In this document: piece by piece, positions 21,591 to 32,478 of the stretch
How the letters are laid out: the number at the start of each line of letters is the position of its first letter
Position numbering within the stretch: the first letter of the stretch is position 1
The notes under the pieces: model-generated
Databases searched by the model: none
What the model was told of the DNA's origin: nothing
What the model saw: only the letters and a program-made list of their open reading frames with translations
Source: Amphiscolops sp. MND2022
Taxonomy: Eukaryota
DNA: 64,000 nucleotides
Direction: 5' to 3'
NCBI GenBank assembly: GCA_964187785.1
Contig: OZ076410.1
Location: 45,694,001-45,758,000, forward strand
Program-made: the position numbers and the translations under genes

Positions 21591-24401
21591 TCAACAGCAA
21601 TAGCACTTCAAAAACCTTCTACAATCCGATTTATCATAGCCATATTTAAGGTAGTTTCGGAAAATATTTTTCAGTTTAGGCTTAAATGAGGTCGTGTCAA
21701 AGAAGTCAATCTCGAATTTCGATGATACGAAATTAGCTAGATTAACAACTCTGTTTATGAAAAAGCTGTCAGTGGACTTCAGTCTTGTTTTCTTTTTAAA
21801 GAGAAGTTTTCGTGATGAAGATCGGGTGTCGTAATGGCGGAGAGATTCTTTGTAGAGCAGTCCTGAACATATCGGAGAATCATTCACAATACATTGATGT
21901 AGGAATAGGAGGTCGTTCAACTGAAACAGCAGAGAAAAGGGAAGCAAATTTAGGGCTAATAACCGATCCTTATAATCATCTATAAGTCCAAACCAACGAA
22001 TAACTTTATTTTGAAAGACTTCTAATTTCGATAAATCAGTCTTGTTGGGAAACCATAGGACTGATCCATAGGTGATTATTGGTAGGATATAAAGTTTGTA
22101 AACTTGTGATTTTACATTAGCCGGTAAGGTAGTCGGTAAGGACCGCTTTAACATCATGAATCGTGAAAAAGCTTTTCTAATACGAACATCGATGTGGGCT
22201 GACCATTTCAAATCAGACGTAAAATTGATACCCAAATCTTTAATAGGGACCGTAGAAAACTCAATATCTTTAGAATCAAAGACCAATACACGTCTATCAG
22301 AAATTTTATAGCGATGAAGAGTAAACCATAGTAGTTCAGTTTTCGTGTTATTGAATTCCATTTTATTTGCTTTCGCCCAGTTATAAATCCTTATAAGATC
22401 ATTCTGGAGTTCAATGGGATCAGCATTTGAGATTTTCGAATCGTCTGCAAAGAGTAACATTATTGAGTCGACACAAACACCAGGCAAATCATTAATGAAG
22501 ATTAAAAATAATAAAGGTCCAATAACCGAGCCTTGGGGGACACCACTTTTGATTGGAAGGGCAGTTGAGAGACAGTTGTCAATTTTAACTCGTTGTTCAC
22601 GATCTTCGAGATAACTTTTCAAGAGTTTGAGTATATTGCCACCAATCCCAAAACTGGCAACCTTTTTCAATAAAATCTCATGATCAACACGATCAAACGC
22701 TTTGCTGAAATCAAGATAAACTGTGAAAACTTCATCTCCTCTGTCGAGGTTGTTGTATATGTAATCTAAGTGAATTAACAATTGGGATTGTATCGATTTG
22801 CTTTTCATGAACCCATGCTGTAAATGGGATATCTTTTTTGAGCAGTGGGGATAAAGTTTTTTAAAAAGGAGCCGTTCAAAACAAATTGAAAGACGGGATA
22901 AGGATGCTACAGGTCTGTAATTTTCGATTACCGTTTTACATTTCTTTTTGTGCATTGGTCTAATGAAAGTTGTTTTCCAGTTTGCAGGGAAAATTGATGT
23001 ACTGAGAATGTGTTCTGCCAATTTAAGAAAATGAATGCTAAATTCGTTGGAAATCTGTCGCAGTAGAAACCCAGAAAGACCATCCGGTCCAGTTCCATTC
23101 GTGCAACAGTTTAGAACTGAGTACACTTCATCTAGAGTGATTTCAACATCATTCAATTCTAATTCATCGAAGTTGTTGAAATTTTTGATAGTTGAACATT
23201 CTTGATATTGGCAAAAGAAAAAGTCGTTGAAAGCATTGGCAATATCAGGTTTACCAGAGAAATTCTTTTTCTCCCATGTCATTTTTGAGGGATAGGACGA
23301 AGAATTTTTGAAAGATCTGACTAGATTATAACAGTCATGCATTCTCGTGTTGTTACTAACAAAATGGTTAACAAAACAATGGATATCCAACTCAATAGAC
23401 TCCAAGAGGTCTTTTTTCACTGACATAAATTTTGATATGTTGTAATTTTTCGTTGAAGACGCAAGGGTTTTCAATTGATTATAAAGGTGAATCGAATGCG
23501 AAGTGTAATAGAACGGTAAACTCAAACGCTTTTGACGTTTCTTTCTCATGTGTTTCTTCAGAATTTCGTCGAAATTATCGAACCAATTCTGGCTATAAGT
23601 AGATTCGGAATTTGGCTGTACCATTGAAAATATATTGTCAGATAGGTCAAGCTTTATGTTTTCCACCGCATCTGGAGTAAGGGAGAAGGTTGAGTTGGAT
23701 TGAGGCATTTCCCACTTTTTAAGATGAAAAGTTTCTAAAATAATAGTTATTCCGAAGTGGTCAGACTGGAAATTTTTTCCCGACACAGAGATTGATTGAA
23801 TGTCAAAGTTTGCAAAACAAAGGTCTAGAATATTGCCTCCGTCATGGGTCGTTTGATGAATTAATTGATCAAAGCCATTGTGAATGAAGAAATTGAAAAC
23901 TTCGGAGTACTCCTCGGGAATTTGAGCGGGAAAGAGTGCCCAATTAATCGAAGGGATATTGAAATCGCCTAACACTAAGATATTTTTCTCAACCGACCAA
24001 AAAGCTTTGCAAATAACCGATTTAATAAAATTGAGGAGATGTTTATCCATTATCCGGTATTTGCTGGTCAGGGGAGGATTATAAATAACTATCACCAAGC
24101 AGTTCTGGAAAATAACAGCGCAACCGAAGTCGAAATTTGTTTTGACCGGAGATGTATCCAAAGTATTCGAACATATCACCACACCACCATGTGAACCATC
24201 CTTCCGATCCGCTCGATTCAGGACTGTTGGGATGTCATTAGGAAATATAATCGATTCAACATTTTCGTCAAACCAGGTTTCGCATAACAGCATCAAATCA
24301 TATGAACCAGTCAGATAAAGCTTTTGTAAATCAATACATTTTTGGAACGATAAGAGACCTTGCACATTCAAGTAGAGAATTTTAGAAACTTTTTCTTCCA
24401 A
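21591..24401 (-). CDS. LINE ORF2: apurinic endonuclease plus reverse transcriptase
   Basis: LNVQGL, LCETW, YNPP, GDFN, LDL, SDH; DFSKAFD, GVPQGSVIGP, FADD. The ORF starts at TTG, not ATG. Confidence 0.97.
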   Translation of the reverse strand: MEEKVSKILYLNVQGLLSFQKCIDLQKLYLTGSYDLMLLCETWFDENVESIIFPNDIPTVLNRADRKDGSHGGVVICSNTLDTSPVKTNFDFGCAVIFQNCLVIVIYNPPLTSKYRIMDKHLLNFIKSVICKAFWSVEKNILVLGDFNIPSINWALFPAQIPEEYSEVFNFFIHNGFDQLIHQTTHDGGNILDLCFANFDIQSISVSGKNFQSDHFGITIILETFHLKKWEMPQSNSTFSLTPDAVENIKLDLSDNIFSMVQPNSESTYSQNWFDNFDEILKKHMRKKRQKRLSLPFYYTSHSIHLYNQLKTLASSTKNYNISKFMSVKKDLLESIELDIHCFVNHFVSNNTRMHDCYNLVRSFKNSSSYPSKMTWEKKNFSGKPDIANAFNDFFFCQYQECSTIKNFNNFDELELNDVEITLDEVYSVLNCCTNGTGPDGLSGFLLRQISNEFSIHFLKLAEHILSTSIFPANWKTTFIRPMHKKKCKTVIENYRPVASLSRLSICFERLLFKKLYPHCSKKISHLQHGFMKSKSIQSQLLIHLDYIYNNLDRGDEVFTVYLDFSKAFDRVDHEILLKKVASFGIGGNILKLLKSYLEDREQRVKIDNCLSTALPIKSGVPQGSVIGPLLFLIFINDLPGVCVDSIMLLFADDSKISNADPIELQNDLIRIYNWAKANKMEFNNTKTELLWFTLHRYKISDRRVLVFDSKDIEFSTVPIKDLGINFTSDLKWSAHIDVRIRKAFSRFMMLKRSLPTTLPANVKSQVYKLYILPIITYGSVLWFPNKTDLSKLEVFQNKVIRWFGLIDDYKDRLLALNLLPFSLLFQLNDLLFLHQCIVNDSPICSGLLYKESLRHYDTRSSSRKLLFKKKTRLKSTDSFFINRVVNLANFVSSKFEIDFFDTTSFKPKLKNIFRNYLKYGYDKSDCRRFLKCYCC

Positions 24402-24410
24402 CTTTGTGAG

Positions 24411-24893
24411 TCATTCAATTTGAACCTCCTTGCCATTTTGGTAGAGTTTAAGTTTTCTAATTTTCAAAGTTTTTGAATCAGTGCCATTCTGTATCATATC
24501 ATATCTCTTTTGCAGGAGCGTTTTCTCGCGCAATGCGTCTTCTTTGGAAAGCCCAGGAGTAATCAGTACTTTGTGTTCCTGGAAGAGGTTATTTTCAATC
24601 GCTTTGGCAATGACCAGCCGTGCTTCCCATGGTGATTGGAATGTTATTAAAACTTTCCGTTTGCGTCCTGGGTAATAGCGGCCCATTCGTCTTACACCTT
24701 TGATCGGGAAGGAACAGTCAATTTTCTCAAGGACTTCTTCAATTTGAACTTGATCTTTAATCATCTGTTTTGATGCAGTGTTTTCAGGAGTTTCTTCAAT
24801 GCCAGAGATACGTACTTGACATTTATAATCGTCAGTCATTACATTCATTATTTTAGCAGTCGATGAATCAGGAGTTAAAGATGAATTCGACAA
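24411..24893 (-). CDS. LINE ORF1, C-terminal RRM-like part
   Basis: VRISGIEE...RRMGRY...RKVLITF...ITPGLSKE, typical of CR1-type ORF1. Confidence 0.85.
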   Translation of the reverse strand: MSNSSLTPDSSTAKIMNVMTDDYKCQVRISGIEETPENTASKQMIKDQVQIEEVLEKIDCSFPIKGVRRMGRYYPGRKRKVLITFQSPWEARLVIAKAIENNLFQEHKVLITPGLSKEDALREKTLLQKRYDMIQNGTDSKTLKIRKLKLYQNGKEVQIE

Positions 24894-24912
24894 AATCTGC
24901 CACGTGTTTTCA

Positions 24913-25057
24913 ACTAAGTGGTTTTAAGTCAAATGACTTTAAGCCAAGTGACCAATACTCGAGACACTTAGCTTAAAAAAATTAAGCCAAGTGACCAATT
25001 GTATTAAGCCAAATGACTTTAAGCCAAATGGCATTAAGCCAAGTGACCATTTACCCT
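24913..25057. repeat. Short array of about 15-bp units TTAAGCCAA(G/A)TGAC, likely a MITE remnant
   Basis: At least six degenerate copies, ending in ATTTACCC. It sits at the 5' truncation point of LINE 1. Confidence 0.7.
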
Positions 25058-25749
25058 GAGCCCCAGCTTGTAGTTGTGTGGTTTGCCATATTCGTGCCTG
25101 TTTTCATGTGTTTTCAGTGATTTTGGCTGTATTCAGTAGCGCTAGCGCTAGTTTAGATCTTATTTCCCAATTTTAGATCTTATTCACATGTCACCCTGGA
25201 AATGGAAATTTACCCTATTCTTGGCATTGTTTTTTTATTCTAGTTAAGCGGTGGTCTTCAGAGAGTCAGAAAGATGCCCGTTACTATTAGCAATCAAAGA
25301 CTAGGACCGGTTGGACAGTATTCGTCGAAGCACCCGCGGCCCCGGGACGCATTTCACCCCTGGAGGCAAAATGGATCTGTGGCGATGGGCGCCTGTCCCG
25401 AGCGATTCACCCATTCCTGCAGGTTCCTCCACCTCTGTTAACGCGTTAAGCGACCGATAACAGCTTGCCGTTACAATCACTGCATCAATTTTGAGACATC
25501 ATATAATGACAAGTGTAATATTTTCAATTTCTTGGATCTGCCTAATAATCTGATGACTCCCCAAGGACTCATTTTAACGCGCGGTTTTGGAGCTTCTCGA
25601 GAAGTCTAAGTTCATTTTTGTTCGGATCCCAACCTGTGAAGCGTAGGACAGAATTGGAACAATATACCCACAGTATGCGTTAAGCTTTGTTCTTTCAGGT
25701 GCGTTTTGCGACATGTTACGCTTAAGAAGAAGAACAAGAGTGTCGCTTT

Positions 25750-27230
25750 GCTCAGTCGGTTATGGTCCTTATGGCTAAGAGCGTTTTTCATTACCAGTCC
25801 ACAAGCGAAACGTTTGGCTGCCTGCCTTTGAAGTTGAGATTAACGCTTTCGTCCAGATTTAGGCTCATGTCAATTTCTTTGCTCCAATTTTCGAGTCTCA
25901 TCAAGATAGTTGTGAAAGAGATGGTGTTAGTGGAAAGAAACTTGAAGTCATCTTCATATCCGAAGCAAAGACTGTCAGTGAGAGCATCGGGTAGGTCATT
26001 CATTACACTTGCGATAAGCAAGTGTTATGGGAAAGTGCTGGTGCTTTTTTTTCAGCGCGACAACTCTCGTTTCAAACCGCAAGTCGCATAGTCTGAATTT
26101 GTGGTCGTGGCAACTTCTGGCAGTTGGCCAACTTCCAGCACTTGTCGCAACTTCTGGTACTTGGCATAGAGGTTAATTGGGATTAATAGAGGTCTGCCAA
26201 GCAGAAGGACGTGGGTTCGAGTCTCGCACTTGACCAAATTATTTTGTGCATGTTATTTCGGCTCTGTGACTTTTTTCGCATTTTTTTTCATGTGACCAAA
26301 GATTCCCCCCTTCATTTTTCTGGTATTTTGCAACAGAGCGAATGTTAAAAAATCCCAGAGGGTCCCTTCTTTCAGATTTTTCGGCACTATGAGACTGTTG
26401 AAATATCTCATTTTTTTTGTTTTTCTTTGCAAAATTTTTCAAGTCTGGCTTCAGTTTTTTGAAATTATGCAACAGAATGGATGTTAAAAAAATCTCAAAG
26501 TGCCCCCCTTTTACAGTTTTCGGCATTGTGAGATTTTTCAAATCGAATAATTTTTGTCTTAAAATTAGGTTTTCTCAGGCCCAGCACGCTTTATCCGATT
26601 TTTGTTCTTTTTAAAGACCGCTGTTTTTTCTATGCGACTTTTTTTTCTAATTTGTTTTCATCGAAGCCCCCTCAAATTTTACTAGAAACGAAACGTTTTG
26701 CGAGCATGAAGCACTGCTCAAGTTTTTCGGCACTATGCGACTTGCCGGAGACCTTCATCAAAAAAAATTTCGAAAATTTTTTTTCCTCAATTTTCTGTTT
26801 TTTTAGAAGGTTTACGGTTGAGAAAGATGGGTTTTCTATTGTTTCCAGTTGAAGAATTGTTTTCGAGATTTATGGGTATCCCTTCGGGATTTTTTGGCGC
26901 TGTAAAATTGATGAAATATTAACAATAATGTCCTTTTACCCTTGGCTCTCCGTATGATTTTGCTTATTTGGGTTTCTTCAAAAGTTCGCATCTTTCTTCG
27001 CAAGTGTTTGCGAAGCACGGCTTCTCTGTGTATAACTTAGGAATAGAAGTGGGCCAATGATCGAACCTTGCGGAACACCATTGGTTATTTGTTTCAATTC
27101 GGAAGAAATTACGTTGATGTTGACAAACTGATGGCGATCCTGAAGATAGTTGGGTATTATTCCCAGTAATTTTCTACCAAAACCGAGATTTCGGAGTTTC
27201 TCAATCGGTTTGTTAGACAACTACAGACAC
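25750..27230 (-). pseudogene. Decayed CR1-type RT fragment split by an insertion
   Basis: GVPQGSIIGPLLFLSY at about 27080-27032 continues as MNDLPD...YEDDFKF from 26003 downward. Confidence 0.8.
26004..27031. mobile_element. Non-autonomous DNA element with terminal hairpins; core shared with the DINE-like family
   Basis: Interrupts the RT between codons. Left hairpin ACACTTGC-GATAA-GCAAGTGT, right TTCGCAAGTGTTTGCGAA, and a core motif TTTTCGGCACT...CCCCC shared with other copies. Confidence 0.7.
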
Positions 27231-27406
27231 CCTAGCCTGCAAACTCTTAACCTTATGAGGACCGAAGACTGCACTTCCTTCAAAACTTTCATTCTAAAAA
27301 CCAATAAACCACAAAGCTTTTGGCTACTGAACTATTATTACAAATTTTACTCCAGTTACAAATAGTTTGACTCAACATTCTCCCGCAAATAGGAGCTTAA
27401 TTTAGA

Positions 27407-27798
27407 CGTATATATATATATGTGAGGCACTGTCGAAGGCTTTCTCGAAATCGATATAGAAAACGATCAGGTCATTTGTCGATTTTTCATCGTCATACTT
27501 GTAGATTTGGTCGAGAAAGCACAGCAATTGCAATACAGCAGACGTTTTCTTGCGGAGTCCCTTGTGCTTTTTTCGGCACTTTGAGGCTGTTCAAATCTAA
27601 CGCACTTTGAGCGGTTCAAAACAAACGATCCCATTTGTCCCAGCACGCTCTGTTCGAACTGTTGAATTACTTTTCGACCACGAAAGGCGCCCTTTGAGTG
27701 TTTCGACACTTTTGTACGAGTGTACTGAGCAAATTTCGAAAACTGCACTTTTCGAGTCTTTATGGGGGAGGGGCGACTTGAGACGTTCCCTTCTTGTT
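27407..27798 (-). mobile_element. DINE/HINE-like repeat, related subfamily
   Basis: Minus-strand end AACAAGAAGGGAACGTCTCAAGTCGCC matches the family terminus. Confidence 0.55.
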
Positions 27799-28856
27799 GT
27801 TTTCCAGAATTCAAAAGGTCTACTGGGATAGTGGCTGGTATGGGGTTCCCTACTTTCGTTGCAGACCGCGGGTGTGTCTTCTACCCCCAAACTTGATGAT
27901 ACACATGGCACTTGATTGATGACGAAGATCCATGATATCTAATAGAAGAGAAAAAATTCCAGAATTGAATGCTTGCTTTGAGGGAACTTGCTCCAATGAT
28001 GACTTTTAACAGGTATTCACCCGCTTTGCTAGAGACGTGGGACTTGTTTATGGATAGTGATTTGGCTCAGTCCTGTAGCTCAAAGTTTCTGAGAAGACAC
28101 AAGGGATGAATGGGAGATAACAAATCTATTTTTCAACAAATAGGAACATGTCAGGAACGCCCAAGTTGGCGCCCGCTCAACAGGGGCTGTCAAAAATTAA
28201 TTACTTCCAATTACATTGCAATTAATTGCAATCAATTAATTGATTTCAGCCATTTCACTATTACAATTAATTGATTTCAGATTACCAATTAATTGCCAAT
28301 CAATTGGTGCTGCAATAGCTTTGTACTGCGACGCCACTGAGCTCTTTTTCAGAGATGAAATTACCTTCTGGGATCAAAAACTCGTAAAGTTCTGGGATCA
28401 AGAACTCGTAACAAAATGCACCAATTAATTGCAATAATTGATTGTTACAAACTAGCAATTACAATTAATCGATTGGTAAACCCTATAATTGATTGTTGTG
28501 AAAAAAATTTTTTTTCTATCTCTTTATTTTTTCTTTTGTAAAAACTAAAAGGACCGCGCGTATTGAAACCACAAGTTAGTTTTTAAAAGCTTGTTTGTGC
28601 CCATAGTACAGAGGGGGCGTGTCCGTAAAGAAAAATTGAAAGAGAAAGCAAAGAAGAACAGGTGTCAAAACGCTGCAAGCTGCAGAGCCTCCTTACAGTG
28701 TCAGTAACGGTCCCATAAAAACAAATTCTGAAAACATCGGCAAGTGGAGGATGATTTATAAAATAGGTCATCGTATCTCAGTTTTATTGAATGTCCAAAG
28801 AAAACAAAAAAAGGTGTTGATTCTAAGGTTATTCGCACCCGAAGGATTGTCAAAGT

Positions 28857-31800
28857 TCATGACAGCCCTCCCTCGTGGACAACAGCGCTAATCGAAGACT
28901 CCATGGCTGGTTGACAGCGAGTCGACCTACAGCCCCTTAGACAGAGGACGCAGCTGCGGAGTAGGGCGAAGCTTATTTTGGTTCGGATATAGCTAATGGC
29001 TTCAGAGTAACTTTCGGTGCTTTTTTCATTGACCTTTGACGCAAGTCTGGTTATGACTTTCGTGGCTGATGGTCCAGCTCCGCCAGTGCAGGCAAATACG
29101 AGCGGGTTGAAAGTGCTCTTTTCAACGTTGATTATTCGCGACTCATATTTGAGCTTCTTCTGTGTTTCGTGGAACTTGTATGCCTCGTTGATATCTTTCG
29201 GGCATGATTTGGCTAGTGGGTTAAAAATTTTTACGTCGAAGAAAGTTCGGCAAAAACGTGAATCCCAGAGTCCATTGGCTTTAATGTCTAGTCTTGCTTC
29301 GTCTTCAGTTGTCGTGGTTTTATGAACGAAGGACTCGCCTTCTAACGGCTGAAGCTTCGGCTCGATTTCGACATCAAAACAGACATCCTTCATGATGGCG
29401 GCGAAAGTGTCTCGAATTTCGTCATGTCGCATTTGTGTGTAACCACCTTTGTTGCATTGGAGGGAATGCGACAGGCTGAAGGTGTCTCCACATGGACATA
29501 TTGCCGGTATTTTCAGTGGTTCCCAGCCATAGCGCAGGGCTAAACCGTCGCGGAACTCAGTTTTTGTCAGGTCGAAGTGATAACGCTTCAGTGGCAGCGT
29601 GTTCAGCCAACTCGAGGCGCCTTTTTCAGCGGCAAGATCTAAAGCGTATCGTTGGTTTTCGTGAAGTCTGTCCTTCAAAAAAGCCATTTTTTCCTTGATT
29701 TTTGAAGATTTCTCTTTTCGAATCTGTTTTATCACAACAGTCTGTTGCAGTTCCGCATCATCATTTTCTAAACATGACGACATTTCTCTGGACCAGTTGA
29801 TTTCCTGCTGTCGGTCTTCCGGTAGACTTATGTTTAGACCTCCGTCCCTTACGGGTAGAGAAAACAGGAGGCGGTCGTCTTCGGAAACTTCTTGCTTGCC
29901 TGTCAAAGCCGGTATCAATTTGTTCTTAATAAGTTTTTCGGTTTCTTGAAGATTTTCTAAGATTGCAGGTGTAGTACGGGATAAGAATGTTAACTTGTTC
30001 TGAAGTCCTTTAGCGAAACAGTGGTACGCGTTTTGTGGCGATGTTTTAGCGTGTTTTGATAGCTTTTCGACAACTCCAATGTACTCGTTTTGTTTCTGAC
30101 GTTTGTACTCATTGCACGATGATTCTGAACCGATTACCGAGCCGAGGACACGGTGTCCTTTGACAATCTCAATTTCGCTGCTGTTAAACAGTTTTTCAGC
30201 TTGATTGATATTCTCAGTTTTGGTAATGATGTTGCATTTAGTTAGTGTGTATCCGAACGCCGAGCCGTGTTGTTTCAACTTATCATGTACGACTTTCAGG
30301 TCGTCCAGGCTACCGGCAACATTACCGTCGTCGGCATACCATTTTTGAGTGACTTTTGGATTTTGCACAAGTTCAATCAATGGCAAAATAGCTATCCCGT
30401 ACATTGCCATGGCAAGAGGGTCTCCCTGGGTTGTGCCCTCTTGGGATTGCAGTGTTTTTCCATTGACGAATAAACTAGTTGGTGACTTGTAAGAATTTTT
30501 TAGTGCCGTGACGATTGATGGGCACATTTTTTCAATGTTTCGCAGCGCTAGATCTCGATTCAGACTGTTAAAAGCGTTCTTTGCGTCAATGAGCAGAATG
30601 CCTTCAACTTCTGCTTTCTCGAACTCGTTCCGGAGACTGTGTATGGCGTGTTCGATTCCACATTTTTGACCGAGACATAGTTGCTGGTTTGTGCCGAGGA
30701 GCTTCAGGTCATTCTGTATGCATCGGAGTATGCTTCGACCTATGATACGTCTCAGAACTTCTCCAACACCGATGGGTCTTACGCCTGGGTTTTTGTCTAG
30801 TGGAATCAAGCGACAGGCGTTGTAAGGCTCTAGGAATTCACTATCGATTTCTTCAGTGGCGATTCTTATCGCGATGCGCGCGACTGTGCGGCATAGTGAT
30901 GTCGACGATTGGTTGAAATTGGAAAGCCAGCGCCGCCATTCGTTGGTGTCCACGCCGGAGGGTCCGTGGCTTCCGTGCGTCTTCATCGCGGCATTACGAA
31001 CAATCCTGCCTTGGATTTTGTCGAAAATAACAGGGTGGTAGGGTGTGACGTTTGACGGTTTTTCTACTATATAACGGTCATCGCAACGACTTGCGGGGGG
31101 ATGTTTCTCTTTCAAGATGTCGAGGACAGATTTGTTATCGATTTTCTCTGTCAGTGAGAGAACGCCGCCTTTCTCACAGTCGTTGATACATCTCAGAGCA
31201 TTCGAAATTTTTCCCGCGGACATGTGTGCATCAAATTCTCTGAGTTCATCCTTCTTTCTACTCGACTTCGGTTTTGTTGACCTTTTTTGTAATGCTTCTG
31301 CCTCGTGAAATAGTTCTTCGATTTCACCTGTCAGCCACATTCTAAGTCTCCTTGTGGTAACTTGGTTTCGAGACGTGTCGGGCTCACTGCTGGTTCTCGC
31401 TAATATTAGGTGGGGGAAAAGCATTGCTGCATAGAGAGCTATGTTTGCTTTGCTACTGTTCTCTGCAAGTGGTGTCATAAGGCAGTTCATTGTTTCTATA
31501 AACTTGTGTCCTGTTTTGTTTTTGGGTAAAGTGATGAATTGCGGTTTCCAGTGGACTACTTGGTTGTAAAAATAACGAATTTGGGAGACTTTCTCTGGAG
31601 TGATGTTTGTCCAGAAGCTATCAGCAGTTGGCTCGCCATCTAGTTGACTTCTGAGGAGTTGTTGATCCCCCGGAGTGATCCCAATATCGAGCTCCGGTTC
31701 GTTGGCTTGGCTCTGTATGTTTACGACAGATGGTTCAGCTGTGGGCGATGCTTCGGGTCCAGAGCAGCGAACGCAAACAAAATCTTTCGACCAGTTTTTT

Positions 31801-31913
31801 GTCGCGGAAAGACCACTGCATTTAGTGTGAACGTAACCGCATACGGCGCACCACACTCCTCGATTCCGTAAGTGGGTATGACAAATGCTACAGTGTGTTT
31901 GATTTGATGACAT
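28857..31913 (-). CDS. CRE ORF: PHD finger, RT, CCHC and restriction-like endonuclease (1018 aa, intact)
   Basis: N-terminal C4HC3 (CSIC...CAVC...HTKC...CVRC); GVRPIGVGE, DAKNAFN, GTTQGDP, WYADD; CPCGDTFSLSHSLQC; RHD, ARLDI, FDVKIFNP, HETQKKLKY. Confidence 0.95.
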   Translation of the reverse strand: MSSNQTHCSICHTHLRNRGVWCAVCGYVHTKCSGLSATKNWSKDFVCVRCSGPEASPTAEPSVVNIQSQANEPELDIGITPGDQQLLRSQLDGEPTADSFWTNITPEKVSQIRYFYNQVVHWKPQFITLPKNKTGHKFIETMNCLMTPLAENSSKANIALYAAMLFPHLILARTSSEPDTSRNQVTTRRLRMWLTGEIEELFHEAEALQKRSTKPKSSRKKDELREFDAHMSAGKISNALRCINDCEKGGVLSLTEKIDNKSVLDILKEKHPPASRCDDRYIVEKPSNVTPYHPVIFDKIQGRIVRNAAMKTHGSHGPSGVDTNEWRRWLSNFNQSSTSLCRTVARIAIRIATEEIDSEFLEPYNACRLIPLDKNPGVRPIGVGEVLRRIIGRSILRCIQNDLKLLGTNQQLCLGQKCGIEHAIHSLRNEFEKAEVEGILLIDAKNAFNSLNRDLALRNIEKMCPSIVTALKNSYKSPTSLFVNGKTLQSQEGTTQGDPLAMAMYGIAILPLIELVQNPKVTQKWYADDGNVAGSLDDLKVVHDKLKQHGSAFGYTLTKCNIITKTENINQAEKLFNSSEIEIVKGHRVLGSVIGSESSCNEYKRQKQNEYIGVVEKLSKHAKTSPQNAYHCFAKGLQNKLTFLSRTTPAILENLQETEKLIKNKLIPALTGKQEVSEDDRLLFSLPVRDGGLNISLPEDRQQEINWSREMSSCLENDDAELQQTVVIKQIRKEKSSKIKEKMAFLKDRLHENQRYALDLAAEKGASSWLNTLPLKRYHFDLTKTEFRDGLALRYGWEPLKIPAICPCGDTFSLSHSLQCNKGGYTQMRHDEIRDTFAAIMKDVCFDVEIEPKLQPLEGESFVHKTTTTEDEARLDIKANGLWDSRFCRTFFDVKIFNPLAKSCPKDINEAYKFHETQKKLKYESRIINVEKSTFNPLVFACTGGAGPSATKVITRLASKVNEKSTESYSEAISYIRTKISFALLRSCVLCLRGCRSTRCQPAMESSISAVVHEGGLS

Positions 31914-31936
31914 TTCGGAGGGAGAGCTGTCGTCAA

Positions 31937-32478
31937 TTAATTTCTTGGTCTACATGAAAAGAAATTTATATAAAACTTCAAAATTTGGGTGAAGACAAAA
32001 TTCCCAAATCTGGAGAAATGAATACCGTCCCTGCTAAAAATCTTGTGATCAAAATCACGGTTAAGTTGGGGAGAGATTATTGGGAGATTCAATGAGGTCA
32101 ACAAGTTATAGAAAGCAAAATTCAATTTGTTAATTTTCCTGTTGATTAAATGATTATTAGAGGTCGCAATGGACTTGGGGGGATAATTAATTGTGAGGGG
32201 TTAAACTTCAAGTATACTAATTGAATTAAAAACTTCCAATTTTCTACAAAAGAATTGACTGCGTCGCGATGATCATTGAAGCCAGCCACGAGGATGAGGG
32301 TGTTGATTTTCTGGTTCGGATATCGCTCGACTATGTTGCAGAGCTCGAGAAGAGTTGCACCTCGGTATGAATGAACAGCTGCACCAACTTCTTTTGATCT
32401 AATATATTTGGTTCTGGAGGTACCGATTACAAGATTGGTCGTTCTCTGACTCAACTGACTGGGTTGAAATCGGGACAT
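31937..32478 (-). CDS. SGNH/GDSL esterase ORF upstream of the CRE RT ORF (one frameshift in a C6 run near 32177-32182)
   Basis: Block I VIGTS, block II SYRGA, block III LVAGFND, block V RDGIHF. The two track ORFs join as ...IIPKSIATSNNHLINRKINKLNFAF... Confidence 0.85.

Larger units (their letters stand above)
21505..24900 (-). mobile_element. CR1-group LINE (LINE 1), 5'-truncated within ORF1, ORF2 intact
   Basis: ORF1 C-terminal part plus a 936-aa APE-RT ORF2; a short TAC-like repeat marks the approximate 3' end. Confidence 0.9.

Noticed and set aside
24913-25057. CRISPR-like array
   Set aside because: Units are about 15 bp and mostly adjacent, with no unique spacers, no cas genes and a eukaryotic context.
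26239-26852. Lys/Phe-rich ORFs in repeats (also 32896-33105, 49320-49550, 52915-53161, 55252-55533)
   Set aside because: Products of A/T homopolymer runs in non-autonomous elements; frames are not conserved between copies.
29017-31936. Several short plus-strand and alternate-frame ORFs over the CRE RT
   Set aside because: Shadow ORFs of a long GC-richer coding region; no motifs.
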